DNA from: Verrucomicrobiota bacterium
GTDB lineage: Bacteria; Verrucomicrobiota; Verrucomicrobiia; Verrucomicrobiales; Akkermansiaceae
Direction: 5' to 3'
DNA length: 61,137 bases
Assembly (NCBI GenBank): GCA_039186735.1
Contig: JBCCZX010000001.1
Location: 1-61,137, forward strand
Below the pieces are notes generated by a model that saw only the letters and a list, made by a program, of their open reading frames with translations, did not search any database and was not told the DNA's origin. A program made the position numbers and the translations under genes. Numbering within the stretch: the first letter of the stretch is position 1; each line of letters begins with the position of its first letter. Positions 50,335 through 59,759 of the stretch are shown piece after piece.

Positions 50335-53300
50335 TTAGCCGTTGATGCGGGCAGCCGCTTTGGAAGCGGCTGTGGAGCCGTCTTTGGGCGCATTTTCAGC
50401 CTCAGTCATGCGCATGCCAACGGGCTTGGAGACGCCGAACTCTTCCATGGTGACGCCGTAGAGGATATCGGCGCGGCTCATGGTGCGCTTGGAGTGGGTA
50501 ACGATGATGAACTGAGATTTGTCGATGAACTTGTCGAGGACCTTGAGGAAGCGGCCGATATTCGATTCGTCGAGGGGGGCGTCGAGTTCGTCGAGGACGC
50601 AGAAGGGGGAGGGTTTGACTTCGTAGATAGAGAAGAGGAGGGCGACAGCGGTCATGGAGCGTTCGCCACCGGAGAGGAGGGAGATGGATTGGAGCTTTTT
50701 GCCGGGAGGTTTGGCGATGACTTCGATGCCGGATTCGAGGGGGTCGTCTTCGTCGACGAGCATGAGGTCGGCCTTGCCTTGTTCGCCGAAGAGGACCTTG
50801 AACATGGCTTGGAAGTTCTTGCGGACCTGGGAGAAGGTTTCGGCGAAGCGTTTGGTGGTTTCCTCGTTGATTTTCTCGATGACCTCGAGGAGTTCGGCCT
50901 TGGAGTTGACGAGGTCGTCGTGCTGGGACTTCACGAATTCATGTCGTTCGACGAGTTCGTCGAATTCTTCGATGGCGTCGACGTTGACGGGACCCATGGA
51001 GTCGACCTTGCGCTTGAGTTCGGTGGCGAGGTTTTCAACGAGTTCCCAGTCAGGTCCATCTTCTTGGAGGAAGGCTGGGGTTTGGCCGGGGGTGTTGTCG
51101 GCCGGTGAGTTGGATTCTTCGAGTTGTTCGTCCTGTGGTGGACCGGGGCGTTCCGCTCGGCTGTCGTGTTCAGCGAGGGTTGAGTGCTTCTCTTGTTCGC
51201 CGATGCAGGTGAGGAGGGCGTGGGCATCGGGGCGGAAGTGTTCGAGTTCGACTTGGTGGCGTTCGAAGACGGTGTTGGTGAGGTTTTCGAGTTTGAGGTT
51301 GGTTTTGGTGAGGGCAACTTCTTCGCGGCCGCGTCGTTCGGTGACGTTGTAGATTTTTTCGCGGGTGCCGGAGAGTTCGGCTTCGGTGGAAGTGATGGAG
51401 TGGCGGAGGAGGAGGCGCTTTTCGTCAAAGGTGGTGAGTTCGGTGGAGAGTTCTTGTGCGGAGAGGTTGTTGCTTTCGATTTCGGACTCGAGGACGGCGT
51501 CGGCTTCCTTGTCTTTGTCGATGCGGTTTTCAAACTCGCGGATTTCGGTTTCGCGTTTTTCGACGAAGGTTTTGAACTCGTCGATGCGGGACTGCATGGG
51601 GCGTTGGAGATCTTGTTCGGATTGGTGTGCGCGGCGCTCAACGGCGAGTGAGGTTTGAAGTTCGTTGAGGCGGGTGGATTGTTCGGAGAGGCGGCCTTCG
51701 AAGCCGTCGGCGTCGTTTTGGAGGTCGCGGAGAGCGGTTTCGAGAGTGGCGATGGTGCCTTGGGACTGGAGGAGTTCGGCTTCGCGGGCGGCGCGGGATT
51801 CGGTGGCAGTTTGTTCGCGGTTCGAGACGTTCGACTTCTCGGCTTTGAGGGAATCGAGTTTGCCGTCGAGGTTTTTGATCTCGCGGTCGCTGAGAGTGAG
51901 TTGGCCTTGGGCTTTGGAGACTTCGATGCGGACTTCGTTGAGGCGGGATTTGCACTGCTCGGCTTCTTCGCGGGCGGCGTAGACTTGGGCGTCGAGGTCT
52001 TCGAGGTGGGCGGTGTGGTTGGTGATTTGGGTTTCGAGAGAGGCGACTTCTTCGCGGAGGGTGACGACTTCGTTTTGGCGTTGGAGGACGGAGTCGCCTT
52101 CCTTTGCCTGGCCGCCGCGGAGGAGTCCGCTGGGGAAGAGGACTTCGCCGGAGTCGGTGACGTAGGTGAGGTCGCCGAAGGATTTGCGGATTTCGGAGGC
52201 GGTCTTGCGGTCGGGAACGATGAGGACCTTGTCGAGGAGGGTGGTCAGGAGGTCGGTGACGGAGGGGTCGGCCCTGACGCAGTCGATGGCCCAGGCGAGG
52301 GCGCTGGGAGGGAGGGCTTCGCGTTGGTGGGCGAGGCTGGGGTTGACGAAATCCTTCGGGAGGAGAGCGGCTTGGCCGAGATTTTTTTCGGCGAGGCGGT
52401 CGAGAATGGTGTCGGCGAATTCGGCGTCGCGAACGAGGACGGCTTGGAGGGTGTCGCCGAGGATGGCCTCGATGGCGGTGGCGTATTGGTTTTCTACTTG
52501 AAGTTTGGTAGCGAGGACGCCTTCGACGCCGGCGCGAAAAAGATCGGGGTCGTCGAGGCCGTTGAGGACGGACTGGGTGCCCTGGAGGAGGCCTTCGCCG
52601 GATTCGAGGACTTGGTTGAGGACTTCGAGACGGGATTTTTTGGAGGTGAAGGTGCGGAGGAGTTCGTCACCGGATTTGCGGGCGGAATCGAGGTCGCCGC
52701 GGGTGTGTTGGTAGGCGCGTTCGGTGGTTTCCTGGGCTTCGGTGAGGTCGGTGAGCTTGGCTTCGAGTTCGGAGAGGGTGGTGGTGGCTTGATCGTGACG
52801 GGCGCGGGCTTGTTCGAGTTCTTGGGAAAGGCGTTGCTCTTCGGATTCGAGTTCTTTGCCGCGTTCGCGGGAGGCTTCGGCTTGGGCGAGGTCGCTTTCG
52901 ATGCGGGCTTGGATGGTCGCGAGGAGGGTGCGGGTTTGTTCGGCCTCGCGGCGGGTGTCGCGGAGTTTGGCGACGACTTCGTTGCGGGAGTCCTGGGCCT
53001 TCATGACCTGGTCCTGCTGTTCGGCGACAGTTTTTTCCTGGTCGGAGATGCGCTGGAGGCGTTCTTCGATCTGGGATTGGGATTCGGCGAAGTCGAACTC
53101 TTGTTGATTGAGGCGTTGGCGGGTTTCCTCGATATCGGCGCGGTTTTGTTCGATGCGGGATTGGAGTTCTTTCCGGCGTTCTTCGTTGAAGCCCATGCGG
53201 GAGCGAGCGGCTTCGGCGGAGGATTGGTGTTCGGAGATTTTTTGGCGGAGGTCGGAGAGTTCGGCCTCAAGTTTTTGGGAGGCATCGCGGGCGTCGACGA

Positions 53301-54105
53301 CGGCACCTTCTTGGGCGGGGAGTTCGGCTTCGAGGGCGGTAATTTCTTTTTCGAGGGAGGCAAGGTTGGTTTTGAGTTCTTCTTCCTCGGCGCGGAACTC
53401 GGTCCAGAGTTTGTGGGAGTGGTGGGTATCGAGGATGCGGACGGCGCCGGAAAGTTCCTTGTAGCGACGGGCCTTGGAGACCTGACGCTTGAGGGAGTTC
53501 ATGCGGCGTTCTTGTTCGGCAATGACGTCGCCGGTGCGGAGGAGGTTGGCCTCGGTGTATTCGAGTTTGCGGAGGGCTTCCTTTTTGTCCTTTTTGAATT
53601 TGGTGATGCCGGCGGCTTCTTCGAAGACGGCGCGGCGTTCCTCGGGCTTTGAGGAGAGGATTTGATCGATCTGGCCCTGGGCCATGATGGAGTAGGCGGA
53701 GCGGCCGATGCCGGTGTCCATGAAGAGTTCGTGGATATCGCGGAGGCGGCAGGGCTTATCGTTGATGCGGTATTCGGACTTGCCGTCGCGGAAGACACGG
53801 CGGGTAATGGCGACTTCGTTGAAGTCCATCTTGAGGGCTTCTTCGCAGTCGCCCATGGTCATGGTGACTTCGGCCATGGAGTGGGCTTTACGTTTGTCGG
53901 TGCCGTTGAAGATGACGTCGGCCATTTCGCCGCCGCGGAGGGCTTTGGCGGAGGTTTCTCCAAGGACCCAGCGGACGGCGTCGACGACGTTGGATTTGCC
54001 GCAGCCATTGGGGCCGGCGATGCCGGTGACGCCTTGGTCGAATTCGAGGTGAGTTTTGTCGGCGAAGGATTTGAATCCTTGGATATCGAGGCACTTGAGA
54101 AACAT
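50335..54105 (-). CDS. smc: Chromosome segregation protein SMC
   Basis: GFKSFAD, GPNGCGKSN, coiled coils and hinge, LSGGERS, VLDELDAPLD. Confidence 0.97.
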   Translation of the reverse strand: MFLKCLDIQGFKSFADKTHLEFDQGVTGIAGPNGCGKSNVVDAVRWVLGETSAKALRGGEMADVIFNGTDKRKAHSMAEVTMTMGDCEEALKMDFNEVAITRRVFRDGKSEYRINDKPCRLRDIHELFMDTGIGRSAYSIMAQGQIDQILSSKPEERRAVFEEAAGITKFKKDKKEALRKLEYTEANLLRTGDVIAEQERRMNSLKRQVSKARRYKELSGAVRILDTHHSHKLWTEFRAEEEELKTNLASLEKEITALEAELPAQEGAVVDARDASQKLEAELSDLRQKISEHQSSAEAARSRMGFNEERRKELQSRIEQNRADIEETRQRLNQQEFDFAESQSQIEERLQRISDQEKTVAEQQDQVMKAQDSRNEVVAKLRDTRREAEQTRTLLATIQARIESDLAQAEASRERGKELESEEQRLSQELEQARARHDQATTTLSELEAKLTDLTEAQETTERAYQHTRGDLDSARKSGDELLRTFTSKKSRLEVLNQVLESGEGLLQGTQSVLNGLDDPDLFRAGVEGVLATKLQVENQYATAIEAILGDTLQAVLVRDAEFADTILDRLAEKNLGQAALLPKDFVNPSLAHQREALPPSALAWAIDCVRADPSVTDLLTTLLDKVLIVPDRKTASEIRKSFGDLTYVTDSGEVLFPSGLLRGGQAKEGDSVLQRQNEVVTLREEVASLETQITNHTAHLEDLDAQVYAAREEAEQCKSRLNEVRIEVSKAQGQLTLSDREIKNLDGKLDSLKAEKSNVSNREQTATESRAAREAELLQSQGTIATLETALRDLQNDADGFEGRLSEQSTRLNELQTSLAVERRAHQSEQDLQRPMQSRIDEFKTFVEKRETEIREFENRIDKDKEADAVLESEIESNNLSAQELSTELTTFDEKRLLLRHSITSTEAELSGTREKIYNVTERRGREEVALTKTNLKLENLTNTVFERHQVELEHFRPDAHALLTCIGEQEKHSTLAEHDSRAERPGPPQDEQLEESNSPADNTPGQTPAFLQEDGPDWELVENLATELKRKVDSMGPVNVDAIEEFDELVERHEFVKSQHDDLVNSKAELLEVIEKINEETTKRFAETFSQVRKNFQAMFKVLFGEQGKADLMLVDEDDPLESGIEVIAKPPGKKLQSISLLSGGERSMTAVALLFSIYEVKPSPFCVLDELDAPLDESNIGRFLKVLDKFIDKSQFIIVTHSKRTMSRADILYGVTMEEFGVSKPVGMRMTEAENAPKDGSTAASKAAARING

Positions 54106-54229
54106 GGTGGAAGCAGGCTTGCTGATAGTTCAGTCAATTAAAGTTTGAGCGGCAAGGGGAAGGAGGCGGAAGGGTGGAATTCGTCTGCTTTTTTAGAATT
54201 TGGGTCAGTTTTTGATACGGGGAGGTTGA

Positions 54230-54508
54230 CTAGGCCCGGTGGACAAATTGCTTCGACGAGCGAGGTTTGAGGATTTTGATAAGAGATTTGTCTGTTTGCA
54301 CAGAAGAAGGGAGGAGAGTGAGGCTAATTTTCCCAAGGTCTTCGTTCTTTGAGCGACGACGAATCTCGATTCGCCGCCTCTCAAACGCGTTGATGCCTAC
54401 GGCACCCTCCGGGCAATCCTTTGGATTGTCTGTCTCTGCTTCGCTCCGGCTGCCCTTGAAAAAATTTGCTCTCATCGCCCATCAAATCAATTTGTCCACC
54501 GGGCCTAG
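54230..54508. mobile_element. Non-autonomous MITE, 279 bp from CTAG to CTAG
   Basis: Perfect inverted repeats TTGA-CTAGGCCCGGTGGACAAATTG (54226-54250) and CAATTTGTCCACCGGGCCTAG-TCAA (54488-54512); no credible ORF inside. Confidence 0.8.
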
Positions 54509-54689
54509 TCAAGGCTCGCGCAAAAGTGCAAGCGGGAGTGTTTTTTGCCGCAAGAGGCCTCAACGACTCAGAAGCTGATGACTTTTTCTGAGATGCAGTC
54601 GAGATGGGGCTTCACGGGGAAAATTTATTAGGCGGGAGCATCTCGAGCAGACTGTTGAGGGTCTTTTTTGAAGTCGCCTCTTTTGCCAA

Positions 54690-55934
54690 TCAGGCCACCG
54701 TATCCAGTGGGCTCCGCACTCCCCGGCTATTTCCCACTTGGGCCGCGTGAGCATAGATCTCTGTTGTTGTCACTTGGGCATGTCCTAGCAACTCCTGCAA
54801 AGTCCTGATATCCGTGCCGTTCTCCAGCAAATGGGTGGCAAAGGAATGGCGCAGGGCATGAGTCGTGACCCGCTTGGCAATGCCCGCAGCCTTGGCCGCT
54901 CGCTTGACGGCCTCGGCGTAGACATCGGCGTGCAGGTGATGCCGTCTTCGGATTCTGCTCACGGGATCGCAGGACAGTGCGGCAGCAGGAAAGACCCACA
55001 TCCATTCCCAGCTCTCACTCGCCCGAGGAAATTTCTTGCCCAAACCACCAGGCAGGGCGACCCCGGGCAAGTCCGCCGACCTGTCTGCTTCCCAAACCAG
55101 CCGGGCTTTCGCCAACTGGCTGCATAGCTTGTCTTTCAAACCATCCGGAATCATTGTCACCCGGTCTCGATCCCCCTTGCCACCGCGTACCGTCAAGAGC
55201 CCACGCTCAATATCCAAATCCTTCACCCGCAACCCAACCAGCTCCCGCAATCGCAAACCTGAGCCATACTGCAAACTCGCCGGCACCTGATACCTCAGTT
55301 CCAGCTTCCCAATCAGCGCGAATACTTCTCCACTCGAAAGTACTACTGGAATCCTCGGTTTCGTCTTTCGCAGCCTCACATCGAGAACCACCTCCTCATC
55401 GCCACAGACTTCGCGGAAGAAAAACACCAACGCATTCAACGCTTGCTTTTGTGTCGAGAAACTCAATCGCTCTTTGGCCACCAATTCCGTCAACCACTCC
55501 GCCCCCTTTTGATGCGAACGCGCCCGCTGAGCCGAACCCACCCAGCGCCCGAACCGGGCCGCCCACTGAGCATAAGTCTTTCGCGTTCGGAGCGCCAATC
55601 CCCTTCTGCCGCCCGTTTGCATCACCGCCCGGTGCATCCTCTCGCCCAAGGTCAAACCTTCTCCTCCTTCCTGGCGGGCGAACTCAAGCCATTCCAAATA
55701 CCAAGCCACCGCCTCTCCCCATTGCCCCAGTTGCCAAACCTCTCTTTCCTTTGCTAACACCGCCTCTTTCCAAAAACCAAGAGCAGCCTCACGCCCCGGC
55801 TTGAAATCCCAACGCAATCTCCAGGATTCAAACCAATTCAAGACCATCAAATAACCTTCCCGGTCCTTTCGAGCGACTTTCCGGGAAGATTCCAAATCAT
55901 TCCGCCAATCCAGCTTGTTTTTTTGAACATGCAC
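54690..55934 (-). CDS. intI: Integron integrase with N-terminal extension
   Basis: STQKQALNALVFFF, YGSGLRL, GKGDRDR, integron-specific insert (..FPRA...W.W.WVFPA...RRHH), HALRHSFATHLLE...LLGH..V.TTEIY. Confidence 0.96.
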   Translation of the reverse strand: MHVQKNKLDWRNDLESSRKVARKDREGYLMVLNWFESWRLRWDFKPGREAALGFWKEAVLAKEREVWQLGQWGEAVAWYLEWLEFARQEGGEGLTLGERMHRAVMQTGGRRGLALRTRKTYAQWAARFGRWVGSAQRARSHQKGAEWLTELVAKERLSFSTQKQALNALVFFFREVCGDEEVVLDVRLRKTKPRIPVVLSSGEVFALIGKLELRYQVPASLQYGSGLRLRELVGLRVKDLDIERGLLTVRGGKGDRDRVTMIPDGLKDKLCSQLAKARLVWEADRSADLPGVALPGGLGKKFPRASESWEWMWVFPAAALSCDPVSRIRRRHHLHADVYAEAVKRAAKAAGIAKRVTTHALRHSFATHLLENGTDIRTLQELLGHAQVTTTEIYAHAAQVGNSRGVRSPLDTVA

Positions 55935-55943
55935 ATCTGAACA
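55916..55943. promoter_or_regulatory. Two abutting Verrucomicrobia-type LexA boxes over the intI start
   Basis: TGTTT-TTTT-GAACA and TGCAC-ATCT-GAACA versus consensus TGTTC-N4-GAACA. Confidence 0.55.
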
Positions 55944-56169
55944 TTCAAAGAAAAACTGAGAACAAAAAGGATATTTTGATACCGATACGCCTGCTATCCG
56001 GGCTTCCAGTCTATCTAGGTTAACTAAGAAATAACAAGAACCAGAAGAAAGCTAGAATTTCTCAACAACCTTACTTACTAGATTTGCGTATTTTCGTCTT
56101 AACGCTCTCACTGTTCGCTACTTGATAAAGGCAACCTTCTAGCCTCTTGCAAAATGCGCACCGGCCTAT

Positions 56170-56203
56170 CAAAAATACGCCCAACTAATAAACACTGTTA
56201 TGG
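56170..56203 (+). other. attI, crossover G/TTATGG at 56197
   Basis: GTTATGG (56197-56203) is the exact reverse complement of the first attC R'' CCATAAC; left boundary approximate. Confidence 0.75.
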
Positions 56204-56207
56204 TAAA

Positions 56208-56822
56208 ATGAAATTGTTGTTATTTATCCTACTATTCGTGCCTAAGTCAGGAATAGCAGCGCTTACCTTTCTTAACCTGAATTCGACGAGTGTCGGTGGC
56301 GTCGATTACGAGATTGTAACAAGCACGGGACTTTCAGTTGAGTCGAATGGTGTCGATTTCAGTTTAGTTGACCCCGGAGCCCAAGTGACGATTTCTTTTG
56401 GCGGAGTGTTTGTAGATATAGTCCTCAGGCCGGGAAATACCGTTTGGTGGAATGACTCCCAAGACGATGATATGCTTATTACCGTTGTGGGGACAATCAA
56501 CGACTTAAATGATCCAGAAGGCGAGATTGCATCTCTTGCTGGCCTTGGTAGCTCTCAATCTTTGCTAGAATTTTCTTACGCTAACATCATTGGAGAGTTC
56601 GGGCCAAACGGAAATGACTACCTTTCGGCAGAACAAAATTGGGAGATCGAGATGAGAGTAAACTTGATAAGATTTGAAAGAGCGCAGAACACAACTAATG
56701 GTTCAGGATTTTCTCTCCAGATCGACCCCTCCACCGCTTCTCCGATCCCGGAGCCCACAACATCACTCTTTATTTTTGTAGCATTTCTAGCGTGGGGTGG
56801 TTTTTTCCGTTATAGAACGTAA
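56208..56822 (+). CDS. Cassette 1: PEP-CTERM surface protein
   Basis: Signal peptide; C-terminal IPEP, hydrophobic TM, RYR. Confidence 0.85.
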   Translation: MKLLLFILLFVPKSGIAALTFLNLNSTSVGGVDYEIVTSTGLSVESNGVDFSLVDPGAQVTISFGGVFVDIVLRPGNTVWWNDSQDDDMLITVVGTINDLNDPEGEIASLAGLGSSQSLLEFSYANIIGEFGPNGNDYLSAEQNWEIEMRVNLIRFERAQNTTNGSGFSLQIDPSTASPIPEPTTSLFIFVAFLAWGGFFRYRT

Positions 56823-56836
56823 TTAAGTCACCAAAA

Positions 56837-56958
56837 CCATAACAAGCCGTGGCTGCCAACCGGGATAGGCGCGCTGTGATCAATCGCGGCCGGCAAGCCG
56901 TCCGAGTTTTAGTCCATTTGGATATTGTCAGCCCGGTGGCAGCACTCTAACGTTAGCT
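56837..56958 (+). repeat. attC1
   Basis: CCATAAC...GCTGCCAACCGGG / CCCGGTGGCAGC...GTTAGCT. Confidence 0.9.
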
Positions 56959-56965
56959 TAAAATT

Positions 56966-57373
56966 ATGCCGTTTCCCGTAGACCTAAAGTTCATTGAGCA
57001 GGCCGAAGAGAAGCTGGGGGTTAATTTTCCTGATTCGTTTCGCGCGGGAATGAGTGAATTAAACGGTGGTGAGATTGAGACAGATGAAGATTTGTGGCAG
57101 ATCCACCCATTTTTCGATACATCAGATAAGAAACGGCTGAGAAGAACTGCAAATGATATTGTTCGTGAGACTGCATCTGCGAAGGATTGGACGGGTTTTC
57201 CAGATCATGCTGTAGCGATTGCTTCGGGACAGTCCGGAGACATCGCTTTATTGCTTCCAGATGGGGATGATAAGAGCAGCCTTCAGGATGTAGTTTATGC
57301 CTGGGATCATGAAACAGGCTCGAAGACTGTCTTGGCTTCAACGACCGAAATTTGGCTTGAAAAACGAAGCTAA
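56966..57373 (+). CDS. Cassette 2: SMI1/KNR4 (SUKH) family protein
   Basis: IEQAEEKLGVNFPDSF....NGG, IA...GD, VYAWDHETG. Confidence 0.85.
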   Translation: MPFPVDLKFIEQAEEKLGVNFPDSFRAGMSELNGGEIETDEDLWQIHPFFDTSDKKRLRRTANDIVRETASAKDWTGFPDHAVAIASGQSGDIALLLPDGDDKSSLQDVVYAWDHETGSKTVLASTTEIWLEKRS

Positions 57374-57476
57374 CAAGGCGCAGCAGGCTGACTGGGACCC
57401 GCCCTGAGTTGATCTGTTTCTGGAGGCCTCGGAAGTCTGTTCTTGTTCGCCCAGCAGCTGTGCTCTAACGTTCTGC
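57368..57476 (+). repeat. attC2
   Basis: AGCTAAC...CTGACTGGG / CCCAGCAG...GTTCTGC. Confidence 0.85.
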
Positions 57477-57489
57477 CTAAAATGCTCGT

Positions 57490-58059
57490 ATGCGTAATCT
57501 AATAATCATGGCCGCGTTCTTATCATCCCTCGGGAGACTCTTCGGCGACGACAAGCCTCCGTATGAGATCGCTGAGATCTACACCGACATGCGAGAGCAA
57601 GTTCTCAAGCTCAATGAGAAAGACATGCCCAACCTAAAAGGGAAGCCAGTCTGGGCAGTGCTGATGGAGACTGCATTTCCTGAAGCTGCATACACTCTTG
57701 TTGCGGCTACCGATGGTGCTGCCAGCCTTTACTTTTCCAATGGCGGCGGGACGATCGGAGCTGGTGAGCATGAGAACGTTCGTCCCGAATCGCTCAAGAT
57801 GGTGAAGATGGCCGAGAACTACCTCAAGCATATGAAGAAGGTCGATAAGTTCCCAGTGGCTCAACCCGGGAAGACGACCTTCTACGTCATAACACCCAAG
57901 GGCGTTTTTGCTTACACTGCCAAGGAGAATGATCTCGGTGAAGAAAGGGATAAGAAGCTGTCGCCGCTATTCCACCAGGGCCATCAACTGATTGGGCAGA
58001 TTCGGATGGCCGAGGAAAAACAACGGGCAGAACAAGACGGTGGTGGCAAGGGCGAGTAG
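57490..58059 (+). CDS. Cassette 3: hypothetical protein
   Basis: ORF filling the cassette; DG.ASLYFSNGGG.IG.GEH. Confidence 0.75.
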   Translation: MRNLIIMAAFLSSLGRLFGDDKPPYEIAEIYTDMREQVLKLNEKDMPNLKGKPVWAVLMETAFPEAAYTLVAATDGAASLYFSNGGGTIGAGEHENVRPESLKMVKMAENYLKHMKKVDKFPVAQPGKTTFYVITPKGVFAYTAKENDLGEERDKKLSPLFHQGHQLIGQIRMAEEKQRAEQDGGGKGE

Positions 58060-58122
58060 CGCCTCTAGTTCGCTTCGCTCTGGACAGCATCACTCCGCCC
58101 TGCCACACCTTTAACGTTCTGC
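58027..58122 (+). repeat. attC3
   Basis: GCAGAAC...GTGGCAAGGGCG / CGCCCTGCCAC...GTTCTGC. Confidence 0.88.
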
Positions 58123-58127
58123 TAAAA

Positions 58128-58640
58128 ATGCTGGATTATCAACAACTTGCTGTGGCGTGCCACTTCGGTTCAGCATCGAAAGCAGATATTGAGGTTTATA
58201 TCCAATCCGTCGTCGAAAGTGGTGCGGAATATGACAACCGGATCTTCGAGGCATATGCCAATGATCTAGGTGTTGCCCGGGTGAAGTTGCTCGAATTTAT
58301 CGCTGTTTCCTATCCTGATTTCCAGATCAAGACGGCTCAATGTCTCGGACCATGCAGAGCGGAACTAAAGAGACAGATTGGGTTGCTCCTTGATGAGGTC
58401 ATCACGCCGTCGAGTTTCTGCGAGTTTTTCAACGCAATGGAGATGCAACTGGTTATAGACTCAGAGTTCGCACCAGACGAAGTTGCGTTTCTGGGAGATC
58501 TCTACAATTGCTGTGATTGGTGCGATGATACTTGGACACTGGAGAATTCTCGACACTTGGCCGAAGAGGGGTCTCGTATCGTTTCTGAAATCGACAAGGC
58601 AGAACAAGCCGTGGCTGCCAACCGTGACCCGCGCGGGTGA
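58128..58640 (+). CDS. Cassette 4: acidic helical hypothetical protein (immunity-like)
   Basis: ORF filling the cassette; LGDLYNCCDWCD. Confidence 0.7.
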   Translation: MLDYQQLAVACHFGSASKADIEVYIQSVVESGAEYDNRIFEAYANDLGVARVKLLEFIAVSYPDFQIKTAQCLGPCRAELKRQIGLLLDEVITPSSFCEFFNAMEMQLVIDSEFAPDEVAFLGDLYNCCDWCDDTWTLENSRHLAEEGSRIVSEIDKAEQAVAANRDPRG

Positions 58641-58719
58641 TCAATCGCGGTCGGCAAGCCGCCCGATTTTTAGTCCATTCGGACATTGCTAACACGGTGG
58701 CAGCACTCTAACGTTCGCT
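58599..58719 (+). repeat. attC4 (same family as attC1)
   Basis: GCAGAAC...GTTCGCT; body highly similar to attC1. Confidence 0.9.
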
Positions 58720-58728
58720 GAAAAATAC

Positions 58729-59256
58729 ATGAGCCGCGCAGGATTACTCTTAGCTCTCTGCCTACTATCTTTACCGAGTTGCAGCAGGAGCCCGTTCAGG
58801 ACGGACATCACTGGCATCCCTTCAGTAATAGGCCCAGACGAGGAGATTACGATCAGAGCGCGATTGACCAACAGGAGTCAATCGCCTCAGGCACTTGATT
58901 TTCCAGACGTAATCGAGCGCTCTAGCGGAGTTCAGTTTATTCCTCGTGCGCAGAATGCTCAAAAGGGCTTCATTCCCGGGGACTATGCAATCACGGCGAA
59001 CGTAATCAGCAGCAATCCCCCTCAAGGCGATTTGCTCCAGCCGGGCGAAGAGCGCGAATACGAAATCGCATGGAGGCCTGCCGTCAAAGACCATGGACCT
59101 GGTATTCTTCTGGTGACGCTTCCGTATCCATTCCCGAGATACTCGACCCACACAATCGAAATCAAATCAGCAAACAAGATGCTGGTGGGAAGCGCGACTG
59201 GCGCCTCTGGTTCGCTCCGCTCTGGAGCGTTTGACTCTGCGCTCCCACAGCTTTAA
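58729..59256 (+). CDS. Cassette 5: putative lipoprotein with Ig-like fold
   Basis: Hydrophobic leader ending LPSC; ARLTNRS...LQPGEER. Confidence 0.65.
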   Translation: MSRAGLLLALCLLSLPSCSRSPFRTDITGIPSVIGPDEEITIRARLTNRSQSPQALDFPDVIERSSGVQFIPRAQNAQKGFIPGDYAITANVISSNPPQGDLLQPGEEREYEIAWRPAVKDHGPGILLVTLPYPFPRYSTHTIEIKSANKMLVGSATGASGSLRSGAFDSALPQL

Positions 59257-59264
59257 CGTTGGGC
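59169..59264 (+). repeat. attC5 (same family as attC3)
   Basis: AGCAAAC...GTGGGAAGCGC / GCGCTCCCAC...GTTGGGC. Confidence 0.85.
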
Positions 59265-59271
59265 TAAGAAT

Positions 59272-59658
59272 ATGAACGACGCTATGGACAGTCTTTCCGA
59301 TTTGGAGCGCAACGTTTTGTTCGCACTGGCGGAGGATGATCCCGAGCGTGAGACTCTTCTCCGACAGATCGAATCGGCAAGGGTGGCGGATCGTGACTAT
59401 ACCGGTGTCGGGCTCTACACCAAGCTAACCGTCAATCCGGACGTTCCGAAGCTTACGACCACGAATCGATTGATCGAGGACTATCCGAAGCTTGGATTGA
59501 TCCATCCCGATCTAGAGGCGGGAGCAGGTGTGATCCTCTGGCTCGACGAAGCGAAGATCGATACCATCGAGTTTTACACGTTCAGCGGGGACTGGCCGAA
59601 GGACGAAGCTGCCTTCAAAATCGACAAGCCCAACAAGACGCTGGACACCAAGACCTGA
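59272..59658 (+). CDS. Cassette 6: small acidic hypothetical protein
   Basis: L..Q...A.V..RDYTGVG..T...IE.YT...WP. Confidence 0.72.
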   Translation: MNDAMDSLSDLERNVLFALAEDDPERETLLRQIESARVADRDYTGVGLYTKLTVNPDVPKLTTTNRLIEDYPKLGLIHPDLEAGAGVILWLDEAKIDTIEFYTFSGDWPKDEAAFKIDKPNKTLDTKT

Positions 59659-59754
59659 CCCGCTGCGAGACGAAAGCGCCATGATAATTCGAATCCTTAA
59701 CCCGCAATCAACGCTCGCCTTCCGGTCAGGTCTGGGTCAGCTTTGACGTTCTGT
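59628..59754 (+). repeat. attC6
   Basis: GCCCAAC...AGACCTGACC / GGTCAGGTCT...GTTCTGT. Confidence 0.88.
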
Positions 59755-59759
59755 TTAAA

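Noticed and set aside
51655-53652. 665-aa plus-strand ORF (also 20897-22189, 42848-43600, 43715-44587, 50320-51108)
   Set aside because: Antisense shadows of smc, sulfatase, fumC and trmD, caused by C-ending codon bias; no motifs
56154-56207. Upstream start for cassette 1 (and 60281 for cassette 8)
   Set aside because: These would cross the attI/attC crossover; ATGs at 56208 and 60356 fit the cassette pattern
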